In this document: positions 55,288-64,000 of the stretch, in pieces
How positions within the stretch are numbered: position 1 is the first letter of the stretch
Layout of the letters: every line of letters starts with the position of its first letter
DNA from: a virus
Lineage: Duplodnaviria > Caudoviricetes
DNA: 64,000 nt
Strand: one strand, 5' to 3'
Virus record (IMG/VR): IMGVR_UViG_2522572160_000003
The notes under the pieces: generated by a model
Databases searched by the model: none
What the model was told of the DNA's origin: nothing
The model's input: the letters and a program-made list of their open reading frames with translations, nothing else
Made by a program: the position numbers and the translations under genes

Positions 55288-55374
55288 TTAAACCTCCATT
55301 TCGTTTGCGCGTAGCGCCATTTTGAAGTTCTTTGCGGAGCTTTCTTTCAAGAAAGCGACTCGCCGAAGGCTCTT

Positions 55375-55806
55375 TTAAGCCGCCGCATTCCCGCGTTTCA
55401 GAGGCACTATCCTGGCGACGTTGGCGAACACATTAATGCCGTCGCCGTTTTTAAGAGCCTCTTCCATGGCCTGGGCTTTGGCGTCGTAAAAGTCAGAGCA
55501 GGCCGCATACTGTTCAAATGTGATACCCAGGCGCCTTCCATATTTACGGTCGACAAAGCGGTCCGCCTTTTTATCCAGGCATTCATACAGGCTGATTATC
55601 GCCCTGCGTTTGCGTCCGGCTGGCATGGGTTCCGGGAAGGTCCACACGCCCCCGCCTTGACTCGCAGGCCCTGTTATGCGCCATGTCATGGCGTCGGATA
55701 TAATGCTGTTGTTTTCCTCCTGGGCGCTCATAACCATGGATGCCGCAGCCACGCTCAGCGCCGCTACGATCCCGACCGCCGCTAATGTCAAAACTATTTC
55801 AATCAT
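55375..55806 (-). CDS. Hypothetical protein with N-terminal TM
   Basis: GGGGAG RBS; hydrophobic N-terminus. Confidence 0.55.
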   Translation of the reverse strand: MIEIVLTLAAVGIVAALSVAAASMVMSAQEENNSIISDAMTWRITGPASQGGGVWTFPEPMPAGRKRRAIISLYECLDKKADRFVDRKYGRRLGITFEQYAACSDFYDAKAQAMEEALKNGDGINVFANVARIVPLKRGNAAA

Positions 55807-55819
55807 CGTTTATCTCCCC

Positions 55820-55890
55820 ATTTAAAAAGTTTTTTGGAAAGGGGGTCCGGGGGAAAATCCTTTTGTTCACAAAAGGTTGTCCCCCGGCGC
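55820..55890. repeat. Palindromic element, family A
   Basis: AAAAAGTTTTTTGGAAAGGGGGTCCGGGGGAAAATCCTTTTGTTCACAAAAGGTTGTCCCCCGG. Confidence 0.85.
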
Positions 55891-55893
55891 TTT

Positions 55894-56196
55894 TTATGCT
55901 TGCCCGCATTCCCGGCAGGCGCGCCAAAGACGCGCCCTGACAGGGCTTGACGGGGCGAATGGTTTTTTCCGTTCGGCAGCGCACCGGGACAAAGGGATTT
56001 CTCCCAGGACCGGGCAGTCAACCGTTCCCGTGCCGTAAACCTCCGCCACCCGCTGCATGATTCCGTCCGCGTTTCCCCGGTATTTGCCTTTAAGCACCTG
56101 GTTGACTGCGGAGGGCGAGTATCCGATTTGACGGGCTACGGCGCTTTGTCCGTGGGCTTCCACGGCCTCGTTGAGCAATGCCATGTGATCAGTCAT
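55894..56196 (-). CDS. XRE-like HTH protein with C-terminal cysteines
   Basis: QSAVARQIGYSPSAVNQVLKGKY and V.CP.LG motifs. Confidence 0.8.
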   Translation of the reverse strand: MTDHMALLNEAVEAHGQSAVARQIGYSPSAVNQVLKGKYRGNADGIMQRVAEVYGTGTVDCPVLGEIPLSRCAAERKKPFAPSSPVRARLWRACRECGQA

Positions 56197-56524
56197 TATC
56201 CGCCTCCTTGGGCCTGCATTCCTTGGCCGTCAAGGGCTGGTCGCATTTGTCGCAATAGACCGGATGATTCGGGCCGTTATCCCTGACCAGGCGGTAATTC
56301 CTGGCGCTGCCCGGGCGGCCGCCCTTGTACTCCCCGACCTCCGCAACAAAGCCATGGATCAGCAATTGCCGCAGGTAGCGCTGGAGGTTGTTCAGCCCGG
56401 CTCCGGATGTGCGGCACAGATCCGGGATGGTAAAGCGGCGCAGGATGCGCATGCTTTGCCACGCCTTGGACCTGGCGTTTCCCTTGGTGCTTTTTCTACG
56501 CTGCATCCCTTTGACTCCCGGCAT
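56189..56524 (-). CDS. Winged-helix hypothetical protein
   Basis: AWQSMRILRRFT..DL and YRLVRDNGP; typical after transposase B in B3/BcepMu-like phages. Confidence 0.7.
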   Translation of the reverse strand: MPGVKGMQRRKSTKGNARSKAWQSMRILRRFTIPDLCRTSGAGLNNLQRYLRQLLIHGFVAEVGEYKGGRPGSARNYRLVRDNGPNHPVYCDKCDQPLTAKECRPKEADND

Positions 56525-57246
56525 TATTTCCCCCTCTTGGTAAAGTCGGGTTGATCGTAGAACAAAGGCCTGTCCCCCCAATGATCCATGGTCACAAGGC
56601 CCATGCCGTTGGTCTTGCCGAAGGTTTCCACCTTGCTTAGGGCCGTGGACATGCGGCCTATGTTGGCGCAGGCCTCCTTGTGGATGTAAGCCAGCAGGAC
56701 GTCATCGATGCCCACCTCGCACATGGTGTCCGCCAAAACGCGGGCGTCCGCCAGGTCGATGCCTTTAAACTCGATCCATTGGGTGATGCGCCTTGCAAAC
56801 CGGCCGTTTGTGCGGATTTTACGGGCCATAAGCTCCATGCCGATCAGGATCACCGGAGAGCCGGTCACGTCGTAAATGTCCCGCAAGGTGTCCACCATTT
56901 GAGGCTGGCGAAACAGGTAATCCGCCTCATCCACGAATATGGGCCGGGGTTCCTCCATCAGGGCCTGGGTGACGGTGTTGGCCATGGGGGCGATGCGGTA
57001 GAGCGGCTCGTATCCAAGCTCCACCATCAAGGCGCCCATCATGGTTGTGACTGTCCAGGAACTCATGGCCCGGACGAAAATCCCGTTCATGGCGTTGGTG
57101 GCGTAGGCCACGGTGGTGGACTTGCCCTCCCCGGGAATGCCGAAAAGCAGCCCCATGCCCTCAACGCCGAAAGGGCGGTCCCGCAGCTCGTGAACCGCCG
57201 CCAAAAACCGCCGCACATTCTTGGTCATTGCCATTTTGTGTTGCAT
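56524..57246 (-). CDS. Transposition ATPase (MuB-like, short form)
   Basis: GIPGEGKS, IFVDEAD, LRDIYD and ILIGM motifs. Confidence 0.88.
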   Translation of the reverse strand: MQHKMAMTKNVRRFLAAVHELRDRPFGVEGMGLLFGIPGEGKSTTVAYATNAMNGIFVRAMSSWTVTTMMGALMVELGYEPLYRIAPMANTVTQALMEEPRPIFVDEADYLFRQPQMVDTLRDIYDVTGSPVILIGMELMARKIRTNGRFARRITQWIEFKGIDLADARVLADTMCEVGIDDVLLAYIHKEACANIGRMSTALSKVETFGKTNGMGLVTMDHWGDRPLFYDQPDFTKRGK

Positions 57247-57336
57247 CTGATACCTCCTGTTTAGTGTTTAGTTTTTCCGGGGGAGCGCGTCCGCATAACG
57301 CCTTCCCCGGACCCTCTTTAGCCTCATGCCCCCTAT

Positions 57337-57400
57337 TTAAAGTTTTTTGGAAAGGGGGTTTGGGGGAAAATCCTTTTGTTCACAAAAGGTTTGCCCCCAA
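57337..57400. repeat. Palindromic element, family A
   Basis: AAAGTTTTTTGGAAAGGGGGTTTGGGGGAAAATCCTTTTGTTCACAAAAGGTTTGCCCCCAA. Confidence 0.85.
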
Positions 57401-57405
57401 GGTCT

Positions 57406-59733
57406 TTACATGGCCGCCCGTTTGTTCCGTTCGGCGAACGGCGCCCAGCCCGCCTTATGCAGGCCGCGCTTTTTGCCGGTTTCCATGCAGTGTTCAAAAT
57501 CATCCACCCATTGCTGCTCCTGGGCCGTGAGTTCGGCGCCGGCCCGGATTTCGTCCGTAAGCCACTCGTAAGCCTCGAAATCATCAGAAGGATAGCGGCG
57601 CTGGGCCTGCTTGCGTTCGGCCAGTTCGATCACCTTGGCGGCGGCTTGATCCTGGGCGGGCGTCAATTCCGGGACTATCGGCGCCACGTCGATCACGCCC
57701 CGGCGTTCGGCTTCGATTTCCGCAAGCTGGTTTTCCTTGAGCTTGGCGCGGCGGGCGGCGCGCTGATCAATGCATTGTTCCTCAACGGATTTCGGGAACC
57801 ACCGCTTTTCATTGGCCCTAAACCGGGCGATGCAGATCAGGCTTTCGTCCTGATCGCGCACCCACACGCGGTCGGGATCGTGCCAGTCGTAATGCACAAA
57901 CACCTTTTGGCCGTGGAAGTGCTCCAACTCCGGGTCGTAGTATGGGTTGCCGAAAACCGTCACCTGGGCGCGCCTGGTCGTAACCATGATGCAGGGCCGG
58001 AAAAGGTCGGTCAGTTCGTGTTCTTCCAGAATTACGGGCCGCCATCCTTCGGCAAGATAAGAGCCCCACATTTCCATGGGCGTCATGTGGCGGCGGCGGC
58101 CTGTTTTCGGGTCCGTAACCTTGGGAAGGTGGGTGTGGGGCCGATTGTTGTATCTGTCCACGGTGTCCCGGCACAGGTCCAAAAACTGCTTCCAGGTGGG
58201 CAGCAAATCGCTCCGTCCCATGGTGCGGACGTCCTTTTCCACCTGCAAATACACCTTGCGGGCCACGGTTTTATCCATGTCCTTGTGGGTGCATGTGGGC
58301 AGCTTTTTGGCGGCCCGTATCCACAAGGGCTTGTTCAATTGCTCCACGATTCCACGGGCCTGGGCGTTGCCAGGGATGCCCACCTTTTGGGTGGTCCCGA
58401 TGCGGGCCAGGAGTCCGGTCACATCATCCGAAATCACCTTGGCCATGTTGCCCGCGCCGCGATCGCTGTAAAATATGGCCGGGACGCCGCCAATCAGCTT
58501 TTTCTCATTTACTGTCACGCCGTGACGCAGGGCGTCCGCCACTGTTTTGGCGGATTCGGCCAGGCCAACGCTCCACCCCACGCACACCCGCGTTGCAACA
58601 TCAATGACGGCGCAGCACTCGGGATGGAAGGCCCCGCCATGTGCGGGATGGGCCACCCTGGCCTTGAAGGAATGGCCGTCGCACACGTAAATGGATGTCG
58701 GCATAAGATCGGAATCGTCGCGGATGATGTGGCCGCGAATGGACCGAAGCTGCTGGGGGCTCATGCGGCCCTTGTTCCGGTCCTTGACCGAAATCTTTTT
58801 CAAAAAGCGGTAGGCTTGATCCCGGGTGGGAATAGGAAAACCCGGGGGCGCTTCGTCCTGCATTTCCTCCAAAGCGGCCGGAACGGAGGGCTTTGCAGCT
58901 TTGCGGTAGCACTCCATGAACAACCCCGCCCAGGCTGGCAGATCCTTTGGGTCCGCCTTCTTGGGGGCCAGAGCCGTAAGCCCGGACTTGACGTCCTTTT
59001 TCCAACGGAAAAGGGTTGTCCGGGAGAGGGTCCGCTTGCCGTCCTTGCCTTTACGGGCGTTGGCAACGGAAATGAGCCCTTGAAGATGTTCCGGCAAAAC
59101 GCCGCACTCCGCTTCTTCTATGAGGGATTGGGCCGCCTGATTGGCGCCCATGGTTTCCGCCCGATTGTTCCACTCCTGGATGATTGCCAGCCGGGCTTCC
59201 ATGGTTTTCCGTTGCCAGCCCTTCAAATCCTCCGGCTTTTGCTTTACCTGCTTGGCCGGAGCCTGGGCCTTGGGCCTGGGCGCAAGGGCGTGCATCCAAT
59301 CCTGTTCCGGCAAGCCTGTCACCTTGTTAAGCCACCGGTAAATATTGGATTCGCTGTGTCCGGCCTGTTTGCCGACCACCTCAATGGCGCTGGCCTGGGT
59401 AGCCCCAAGATTCATGTGGCCGTAAACCGCCTGGACGGCAAGCAGGCGTCTGGCCGCCGTCGCCTGGATTTCCAGAGCTTCCGGCGACGTCCCGGAGCAA
59501 ACCGGCGCGGGCAGGTTTTCATCAGCCTTTACTTGGCCTTCAAAAAGCTGGATTTGGGCCTGGATGGGCTTGGGAAGCAGGGAATACAAATAACATTTTT
59601 TCCTTGTGCCGTTATCCACCCGGACAACATAACTCCAGCTTTCATTTGTCGCCCGCTTGCGGATCGCCCTGTCTCCAACTCCAGTGATTTTTGATAATTC
59701 CAGGGCGGTATAATATGGTTGAACCTGGATCAT
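57406..59733 (-). CDS. DDE transposase (MuA-like)
   Basis: N-terminal Mu HTH; VCDGH, YSDRG and ARGIVE (DDE); YNNRPH; C-terminal YD..D..RVWV. Confidence 0.93.
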   Translation of the reverse strand: MIQVQPYYTALELSKITGVGDRAIRKRATNESWSYVVRVDNGTRKKCYLYSLLPKPIQAQIQLFEGQVKADENLPAPVCSGTSPEALEIQATAARRLLAVQAVYGHMNLGATQASAIEVVGKQAGHSESNIYRWLNKVTGLPEQDWMHALAPRPKAQAPAKQVKQKPEDLKGWQRKTMEARLAIIQEWNNRAETMGANQAAQSLIEEAECGVLPEHLQGLISVANARKGKDGKRTLSRTTLFRWKKDVKSGLTALAPKKADPKDLPAWAGLFMECYRKAAKPSVPAALEEMQDEAPPGFPIPTRDQAYRFLKKISVKDRNKGRMSPQQLRSIRGHIIRDDSDLMPTSIYVCDGHSFKARVAHPAHGGAFHPECCAVIDVATRVCVGWSVGLAESAKTVADALRHGVTVNEKKLIGGVPAIFYSDRGAGNMAKVISDDVTGLLARIGTTQKVGIPGNAQARGIVEQLNKPLWIRAAKKLPTCTHKDMDKTVARKVYLQVEKDVRTMGRSDLLPTWKQFLDLCRDTVDRYNNRPHTHLPKVTDPKTGRRRHMTPMEMWGSYLAEGWRPVILEEHELTDLFRPCIMVTTRRAQVTVFGNPYYDPELEHFHGQKVFVHYDWHDPDRVWVRDQDESLICIARFRANEKRWFPKSVEEQCIDQRAARRAKLKENQLAEIEAERRGVIDVAPIVPELTPAQDQAAAKVIELAERKQAQRRYPSDDFEAYEWLTDEIRAGAELTAQEQQWVDDFEHCMETGKKRGLHKAGWAPFAERNKRAAM

Positions 59734-59742
59734 GGTTACCCC

Positions 59743-60414
59743 CTAATTCGCTGCTACAACCGTTTTCAGGGCGTCCAGGTGGCGTGTGATGGCTTCCTTG
59801 GACGTTTCCTTAAAGCCGCCCTCCTTGGCCTTCTCGATCTCGATTAGAAAAGCGTCAAAGGCCCCTTTAAACTCGGGCGAATACAATTCATCCTTGTTTA
59901 GCCCTTCCCTGATTTTTTTCACGGTCTGCTGGACCGTTTCACCCTTGATTTTCTTGACCGTGTCCGACACATGGCGGGCCGTGATCTTCCCCTCGGGCGC
60001 CGTCTTCAACGCTTCAAACCAGGCCCCGGGCCTATCCTCCACGGGCAGCTTGCTTAAGGGGCGAACCTGGGCTTCGTTGGCCGGGACAGGATGTTGCCAA
60101 TTGGCAACATTTTGCCGCCCATCGTCGAAGTCAACAGGGTCGATGCCCTCGTTGGAAATCAACCGGACCGTGTCGGCGGCGTCTATTAAGCGCAATGCGT
60201 AGGATCTTGATATCTCAAAGAAATCCCGAATATAGGCTTCCCAGGTTGGATGGGTGGAGCGGTAAAGCCTGGACTCCAACATCTCCTTGAGAGCCAGGCC
60301 AACAGCGATAAATCCGGCCATATTCCGTTTGATGATGCCTTCCAAGGCATCCCGCCTGTCCTGCTCAAATTCAGTCAATTCCTCGGGTTCAAACACTTCA
60401 ACTTGATTTTTCAT
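59743..60414 (-). CDS. DUF3102-like helical DNA-binding protein
   Basis: FI.VG.AL.E....LYR...TWE.Y....F.ISRSYA.RLI and NEAQVRPL motifs. Confidence 0.6.
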   Translation of the reverse strand: MKNQVEVFEPEELTEFEQDRRDALEGIIKRNMAGFIAVGLALKEMLESRLYRSTHPTWEAYIRDFFEISRSYALRLIDAADTVRLISNEGIDPVDFDDGRQNVANWQHPVPANEAQVRPLSKLPVEDRPGAWFEALKTAPEGKITARHVSDTVKKIKGETVQQTVKKIREGLNKDELYSPEFKGAFDAFLIEIEKAKEGGFKETSKEAITRHLDALKTVVAAN

Positions 60415-60461
60415 GGGTCACCCTCTATGTAAGAAGCCATTCCTTTTGGAGGTCAAAACCT

Positions 60462-60929
60462 ATGGACATTACCGGTTACGCTGAACAGACACGGGAGCTT
60501 TCCGAGACAATCCTCCATCATCTTGACCAGGAGGACACGGACGCTTTGTTTGCTGATCTGAAAGGGCGGTCTTTTTTGGATTGGGTTGATCAAATAGATT
60601 TCGACCGCGAAGAGATTTACGGCTTAATTCTCGCTCTTCTAAAGCACGGCGAACCACGTCTCCTGGGCAGTAACCCGAAGCAACGGCGCTTCCTGCTTTT
60701 GAAGGCCTACCACCTTTGTATACAGGCCCACACCCTGCTTGAAATTCATGATCATATCCGGTGGCTTGAGATCGGGGAGCAGCATCACGGCCTGTTTGAA
60801 GTGATCTGTAAGGCCTCCGATGCTTATGACCTGCTCTTGCGTACACAAATCCATCAATGGCCGTTAGGGCCTGAATCGCCGTTTGCAAACAACGGGAAAC
60901 CATCCCAGCCAGACGAACCCGATAAGTAG
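60462..60929 (+). CDS. Hypothetical protein (moron, opposite strand)
   Basis: GGAGG RBS; fills the gap between two minus-strand genes. Confidence 0.55.
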   Translation: MDITGYAEQTRELSETILHHLDQEDTDALFADLKGRSFLDWVDQIDFDREEIYGLILALLKHGEPRLLGSNPKQRRFLLLKAYHLCIQAHTLLEIHDHIRWLEIGEQHHGLFEVICKASDAYDLLLRTQIHQWPLGPESPFANNGKPSQPDEPDK

Positions 60930-60944
60930 CTTGCATATCCTTCA

Positions 60945-61448
60945 TCATTCACCCCCTGCGGTCTTTATCAGCACGGACATGGTCCGTTTTTGGCTGCTCA
61001 GCCGTTTGATTTCTTCCTCGATCTTTTGCATCTGGGCGCGGAGGGCGTCCTGGCCCGGCATGGCAAAACAGCCCGATGCCTCCGCCAGCAGCTCCAACGG
61101 TTCCGTGTTGTCCGTCACCCGGCAGAACGCTGGCAGGTATTCAGCCGGAAACCGGTGGCCTTCCTTGGATTCCGCCGTCCATGTGTCCAGCATATATCTG
61201 GATATTTCCACGTCGCCCAATAAATGGGACATCTCCCCGGCCACCTGGACCCTGGAAAGGGGGCATTGCTTCAAGGCGTGCTTGATGCTTATTCTTAATT
61301 TCTCCCGGACGTTCGCCGTCCCTTCCGTGGACGGCGCGGACTTTAAAGCCCGGACCTTTGCCGCCACCGCCTCCACCTGCCGGTAGTCGAAATCCAGGGC
61401 CATTTGTTGAGGCCCCTTGGCGTCTGTTTTTTTCCGAACTTTAGGCAT
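60945..61448 (-). CDS. Phage regulatory protein (CII-like)
   Basis: LSR.QVA.EMS.LLG..IS..MLD.WTAES..HRFP..YLPAFC. Confidence 0.7.
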   Translation of the reverse strand: MPKVRKKTDAKGPQQMALDFDYRQVEAVAAKVRALKSAPSTEGTANVREKLRISIKHALKQCPLSRVQVAGEMSHLLGDVEISRYMLDTWTAESKEGHRFPAEYLPAFCRVTDNTEPLELLAEASGCFAMPGQDALRAQMQKIEEEIKRLSSQKRTMSVLIKTAGGE

Positions 61449-61487
61449 TGCTTAAACCCTCACAAGTTTGATAAGGTTCACAATACG

Positions 61488-61766
61488 TTAGCGTTGCTCT
61501 TTGACTGCGACCGCACGCAGGCCGCTTAACGGCCTGTTGTCCGCGTCGTAACGGCTGGGCCAGATGTCCCAGGGCTCCACGCCTAAAATATCGGCGATGA
61601 TGCGCTCCATGCGCGGCAAGGGCCTCCGAAACACATCGTATGCGGACGTTTCGGCGTACCCGTTATCCGGGCCAAGCAGATGCAGATTCGTGCCCCGCAT
61701 TTCCAGGGCCGCTTTGATTTGCGCTTTGTGCCAATCCCGGGGCTCTTTGCGTTTCGTTTGCGCCAT
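61488..61766 (-). CDS. ner: Ner/Nlp-like regulator
   Basis: DWH.A.IKAAL..RG..L...P.MERIIA..LGV.P..IWPSRY. Confidence 0.9.
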   Translation of the reverse strand: MAQTKRKEPRDWHKAQIKAALEMRGTNLHLLGPDNGYAETSAYDVFRRPLPRMERIIADILGVEPWDIWPSRYDADNRPLSGLRAVAVKEQR

Positions 61767-61796
61767 ATGATTCATCTCTTGTTTTAAGGAGTTGGT

Positions 61797-62192
61797 ATGC
61801 CAGAAGATTCCGGTATTACAGCCGTACAACTTGGGAACCTGTGGATGTCCTTTGTCACTAACAAGCTCGAAGGCGTCTTGGGCCTGAACCGCCAGGACGT
61901 CAAGGACGCCTTGCTCAACCTGGATGACTCGGGTGAACTCCAGAGCATTCGCGATAAACATCGGCAAGAGACCGATCTCTTAATTGACCGGATCTTTGAT
62001 TGTAGTCATGAGCAACTTCTTGCATTAGGCAAAGAAGCTGATCCCATGACATTAGCTCTTGTTCTGGATCGGGTGTATGCTGGGGTTGAAACGATTGGAG
62101 CCCTTGCAAAGCAGCAAACTCCTCTTCCAAAGCCTCCGCAAGGGTTTGACGATTTTTTTCGAATCTTGATGAAGCAAAAGTTTCACTCATGA
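61797..62192 (+). CDS. Hypothetical protein between ner and the repressor
   Basis: AAGGAG RBS; followed by a hairpin with T-run at ~62218-62242. Confidence 0.55.
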   Translation: MPEDSGITAVQLGNLWMSFVTNKLEGVLGLNRQDVKDALLNLDDSGELQSIRDKHRQETDLLIDRIFDCSHEQLLALGKEADPMTLALVLDRVYAGVETIGALAKQQTPLPKPPQGFDDFFRILMKQKFHS

Positions 62193-62299
62193 TCCAGCTC
62201 CTTTTCGGCTAAGGTCCCCGGCCCTGCCAGGCCGGTTTTTTTAGACTGTCTACTTCCTAATGTTTGGACTGACAATGGTTATAAGCCAATATCTCTTGG

Positions 62300-62434
62300 T
62301 ATGTCAATAAGAAATCTTGGTTCCAGCGTAAGATAGGTTTGTTTTCTGACAAAGAGTTCTTAACTATATGGAAAAGCAAGATAATCAAATGGGTTCCGGC
62401 GACCAAGTAATATTCCGGCGTTAGTTCCGGCGTG
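62300..62434. promoter_or_regulatory. Repressor/ner divergent promoter-operator region
   Basis: TTCCGGCG three times in ~62394-62431 plus TTCCAGCG at ~62321. Confidence 0.4.
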
Positions 62435-62444
62435 GAGGCATGAT

Positions 62445-63143
62445 ATGTGGGACCAACAACTGTTTAGTGTACGTATCAAGGAGCGGCGCCTTTCGCTTTC
62501 CATGACCCAAGAAGACTTGGCTAATTTGGTTGGTGTCTCGAAAACGACCATCCAGAATTATGAAGCAGGGGCTTCACCGAAAGCTGAATTTATAGCCTCC
62601 CTGTCAATGGCCCTGGACTGCGAGATAGCGTGGCTCCTAACAGGCGAAGGCCCCATGAAGCGCGGCGAGGCGGCGCCCGCGCCCAACCTGGACCCGGAAG
62701 GCGGCCTGGATCTGGACGAATTCGACTATCTGCCCATGACCCATGCGGAATTGGCGGCCGGGGACGGCCGGGTGGTGCTTGAGGAAGGCTATAAGAACAG
62801 GTTCGCATTCAGGCGCGATTGGCTGCGGCGTGTTGGCCTTAACAAATCCCACGCCGTCTTGATGGTGGTTCGCGGCGACTCCATGCTGCCCACGCTCGAG
62901 GATCACGATACGGTCATCGTTGACCTCAAACGAACGCGCATTGACACCGGCCACATTTACGCGGTAAACATTGGCGACGATATGTTAAGCATAAAAAGGC
63001 TTGAGTCTCGCGGGGCAAGGGTTCGCGTCATCAGCGACAATAAAGAGCTTTACGAACCATACGAAATGAACTCAAGCGACATTCGCATCATCGGCCAGGT
63101 CGTCTGGTTTTCCCGCCAACTCGTTTGGAACAATAACGACTAA
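62445..63143 (+). CDS. CI/LexA-type repressor (XRE HTH plus S24 peptidase)
   Basis: MTQEDLA..VGVSK.TI.NYE.G; LAAG cleavage site; GDSM.P and IKRL catalytic motifs. Confidence 0.92.
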   Translation: MWDQQLFSVRIKERRLSLSMTQEDLANLVGVSKTTIQNYEAGASPKAEFIASLSMALDCEIAWLLTGEGPMKRGEAAPAPNLDPEGGLDLDEFDYLPMTHAELAAGDGRVVLEEGYKNRFAFRRDWLRRVGLNKSHAVLMVVRGDSMLPTLEDHDTVIVDLKRTRIDTGHIYAVNIGDDMLSIKRLESRGARVRVISDNKELYEPYEMNSSDIRIIGQVVWFSRQLVWNNND

Positions 63144-63148
63144 ATCCC

Positions 63149-64000
63149 ATGGAGGGGAAAATGAGAAAAATATCTATAGCCGCATTGATAATTGGTTTCT
63201 TTTTTTTCGCGGCTTGTTCTCCCGGGATGGATACGCCTATAAAAGCGTCTTCAGAAGAAGAACTTGAAAATTCCATAAAGAGCCTTTCAAAAAATATTAC
63301 CCAGGATGAAAAAAAGACTCTCATGGAGGCAATGTTTTTCCTTGCTATAAAGGACGAAGATATCTTTTCCCTTCTGACGCCAACAGATCCTGACAGCTAC
63401 AATAAAAAGATGTACGGCCTCTGGGACGGAAAGACTCCGAACGAAATAATCAAAGAAGCAAACAAGGAGCGTTTGGATAGGAAAACCAAGGAACTGGACA
63501 ATATTCGTGGGGAAATCCATGAACTCAAATTGAAAAAGGTGATGCATGACGCGAACAAGCAGGAACTCGACAGTATAATAATTTCTAATGCGCGTTTTTA
63601 TCACAGAGAAGGAATGCTTTTTAATCAACCAATTATTGAATTTGATATCGAAAATCTTTCAAGCATGTCTTTAGCCCGCATCTTTTGTCATGGGGTAGTA
63701 TCCACCCCTGGCAGATCGGTCCCGTGGATTTCCGAAGATTTTAACCATCCTATTTCCGGCGGAATCGAACCCGGAGAAAAATTGCATTTGACGCTTGCCC
63801 CGAATATGTTCAGCGAATGGGGCGATAAGGATGCGGAAAACAGAACCGACACGATACTAACCGTGGAACTGGTCAACATTGAAGGCCCAGATGGAGAGAA
63901 GGTTGTTCCTCCCTTCAGTAATTACGATCAGAAACGGCTGGCTTCTCTTCTTGAAAACGAAAACACGTTACTGGAAGAAATTGAAAAGTTGTCCGTTTAA
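63149..64000 (+). CDS. Lipoprotein co-transcribed with the repressor
   Basis: Lipobox FAA-C; coiled coil plus Ig-like domain (TPGRSVPW, GGIEPGE..L.LAPN). Confidence 0.7.
   Translation: MEGKMRKISIAALIIGFFFFAACSPGMDTPIKASSEEELENSIKSLSKNITQDEKKTLMEAMFFLAIKDEDIFSLLTPTDPDSYNKKMYGLWDGKTPNEIIKEANKERLDRKTKELDNIRGEIHELKLKKVMHDANKQELDSIIISNARFYHREGMLFNQPIIEFDIENLSSMSLARIFCHGVVSTPGRSVPWISEDFNHPISGGIEPGEKLHLTLAPNMFSEWGDKDAENRTDTILTVELVNIEGPDGEKVVPPFSNYDQKRLASLLENENTLLEEIEKLSV

Larger units (their letters stand above)
26594..64000 (-). mobile_element. Mu-like transposable prophage with siphophage-type tail; left end not seen in window
   Basis: Repressor/ner, DDE transposase A, ATPase B, gam, gemA and gp27-28-29/30-G-I-capsid-gp36 in Mu order. 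Tail tube, chaperone, tape measure, Dit and Tal with no sheath; terminal dam. Confidence 0.93.

Noticed and set aside
57376-59694. 772-aa + strand ORF
   Set aside because: Antisense shadow of transposase A; starts inside a palindromic repeat.

Overview
The window has three parts, probably from a Desulfobacterota-like genome (tentative, judged from gene content and repeat style). (1) 1-15,000 is an AT-rich accessory region. It holds a 10-gene minus-strand envelope operon: a TonB/TolA-like anchored protein, a lipoprotein, two exported helical proteins, a MotA/TolQ/ExbB plus ExbD-like pair, a lytic transglycosylase, an exported protein, a large lipoprotein and a window-truncated caspase-like exported protein. 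After it come a metallophosphoesterase, a YafK/DpaA-type L,D-transpeptidase-family gene, an IS481 remnant, and TPR and TIM-barrel genes. (2) ~15,300-26,600 is the end of an integrative element. A GC-rich cassette (AAA ATPase, DUF1257, DUF2997, DUF3150, SSB, putative annealing protein, PD-(D/E)XK nuclease, UvrD helicase) is followed by an HTH-TPR regulator with a small hydrophobic peptide gene, an excisionase and a tyrosine integrase. (3) ~26,594 to the window end is a Mu-like transposable prophage with a siphophage-type tail, reading on the minus strand: repressor/Ner, transposase A/B, Gam, GemA, lysis, terminase, portal-gpF fusion, head, tail and Dam. Its left end is not visible in the window. 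The best novelty candidates are the ExbBD-SLT-caspase-like envelope operon, an RRNPP-like HTH-TPR/peptide pair beside xis-int, a LECT2-like M23 protein in the endolysin slot, a cloverleaf antisense RNA ahead of dam, a nested receptor-binding protein, and several families of REP-like palindromes scattered through the prophage. All family assignments come from motif recognition by eye, not database searches.
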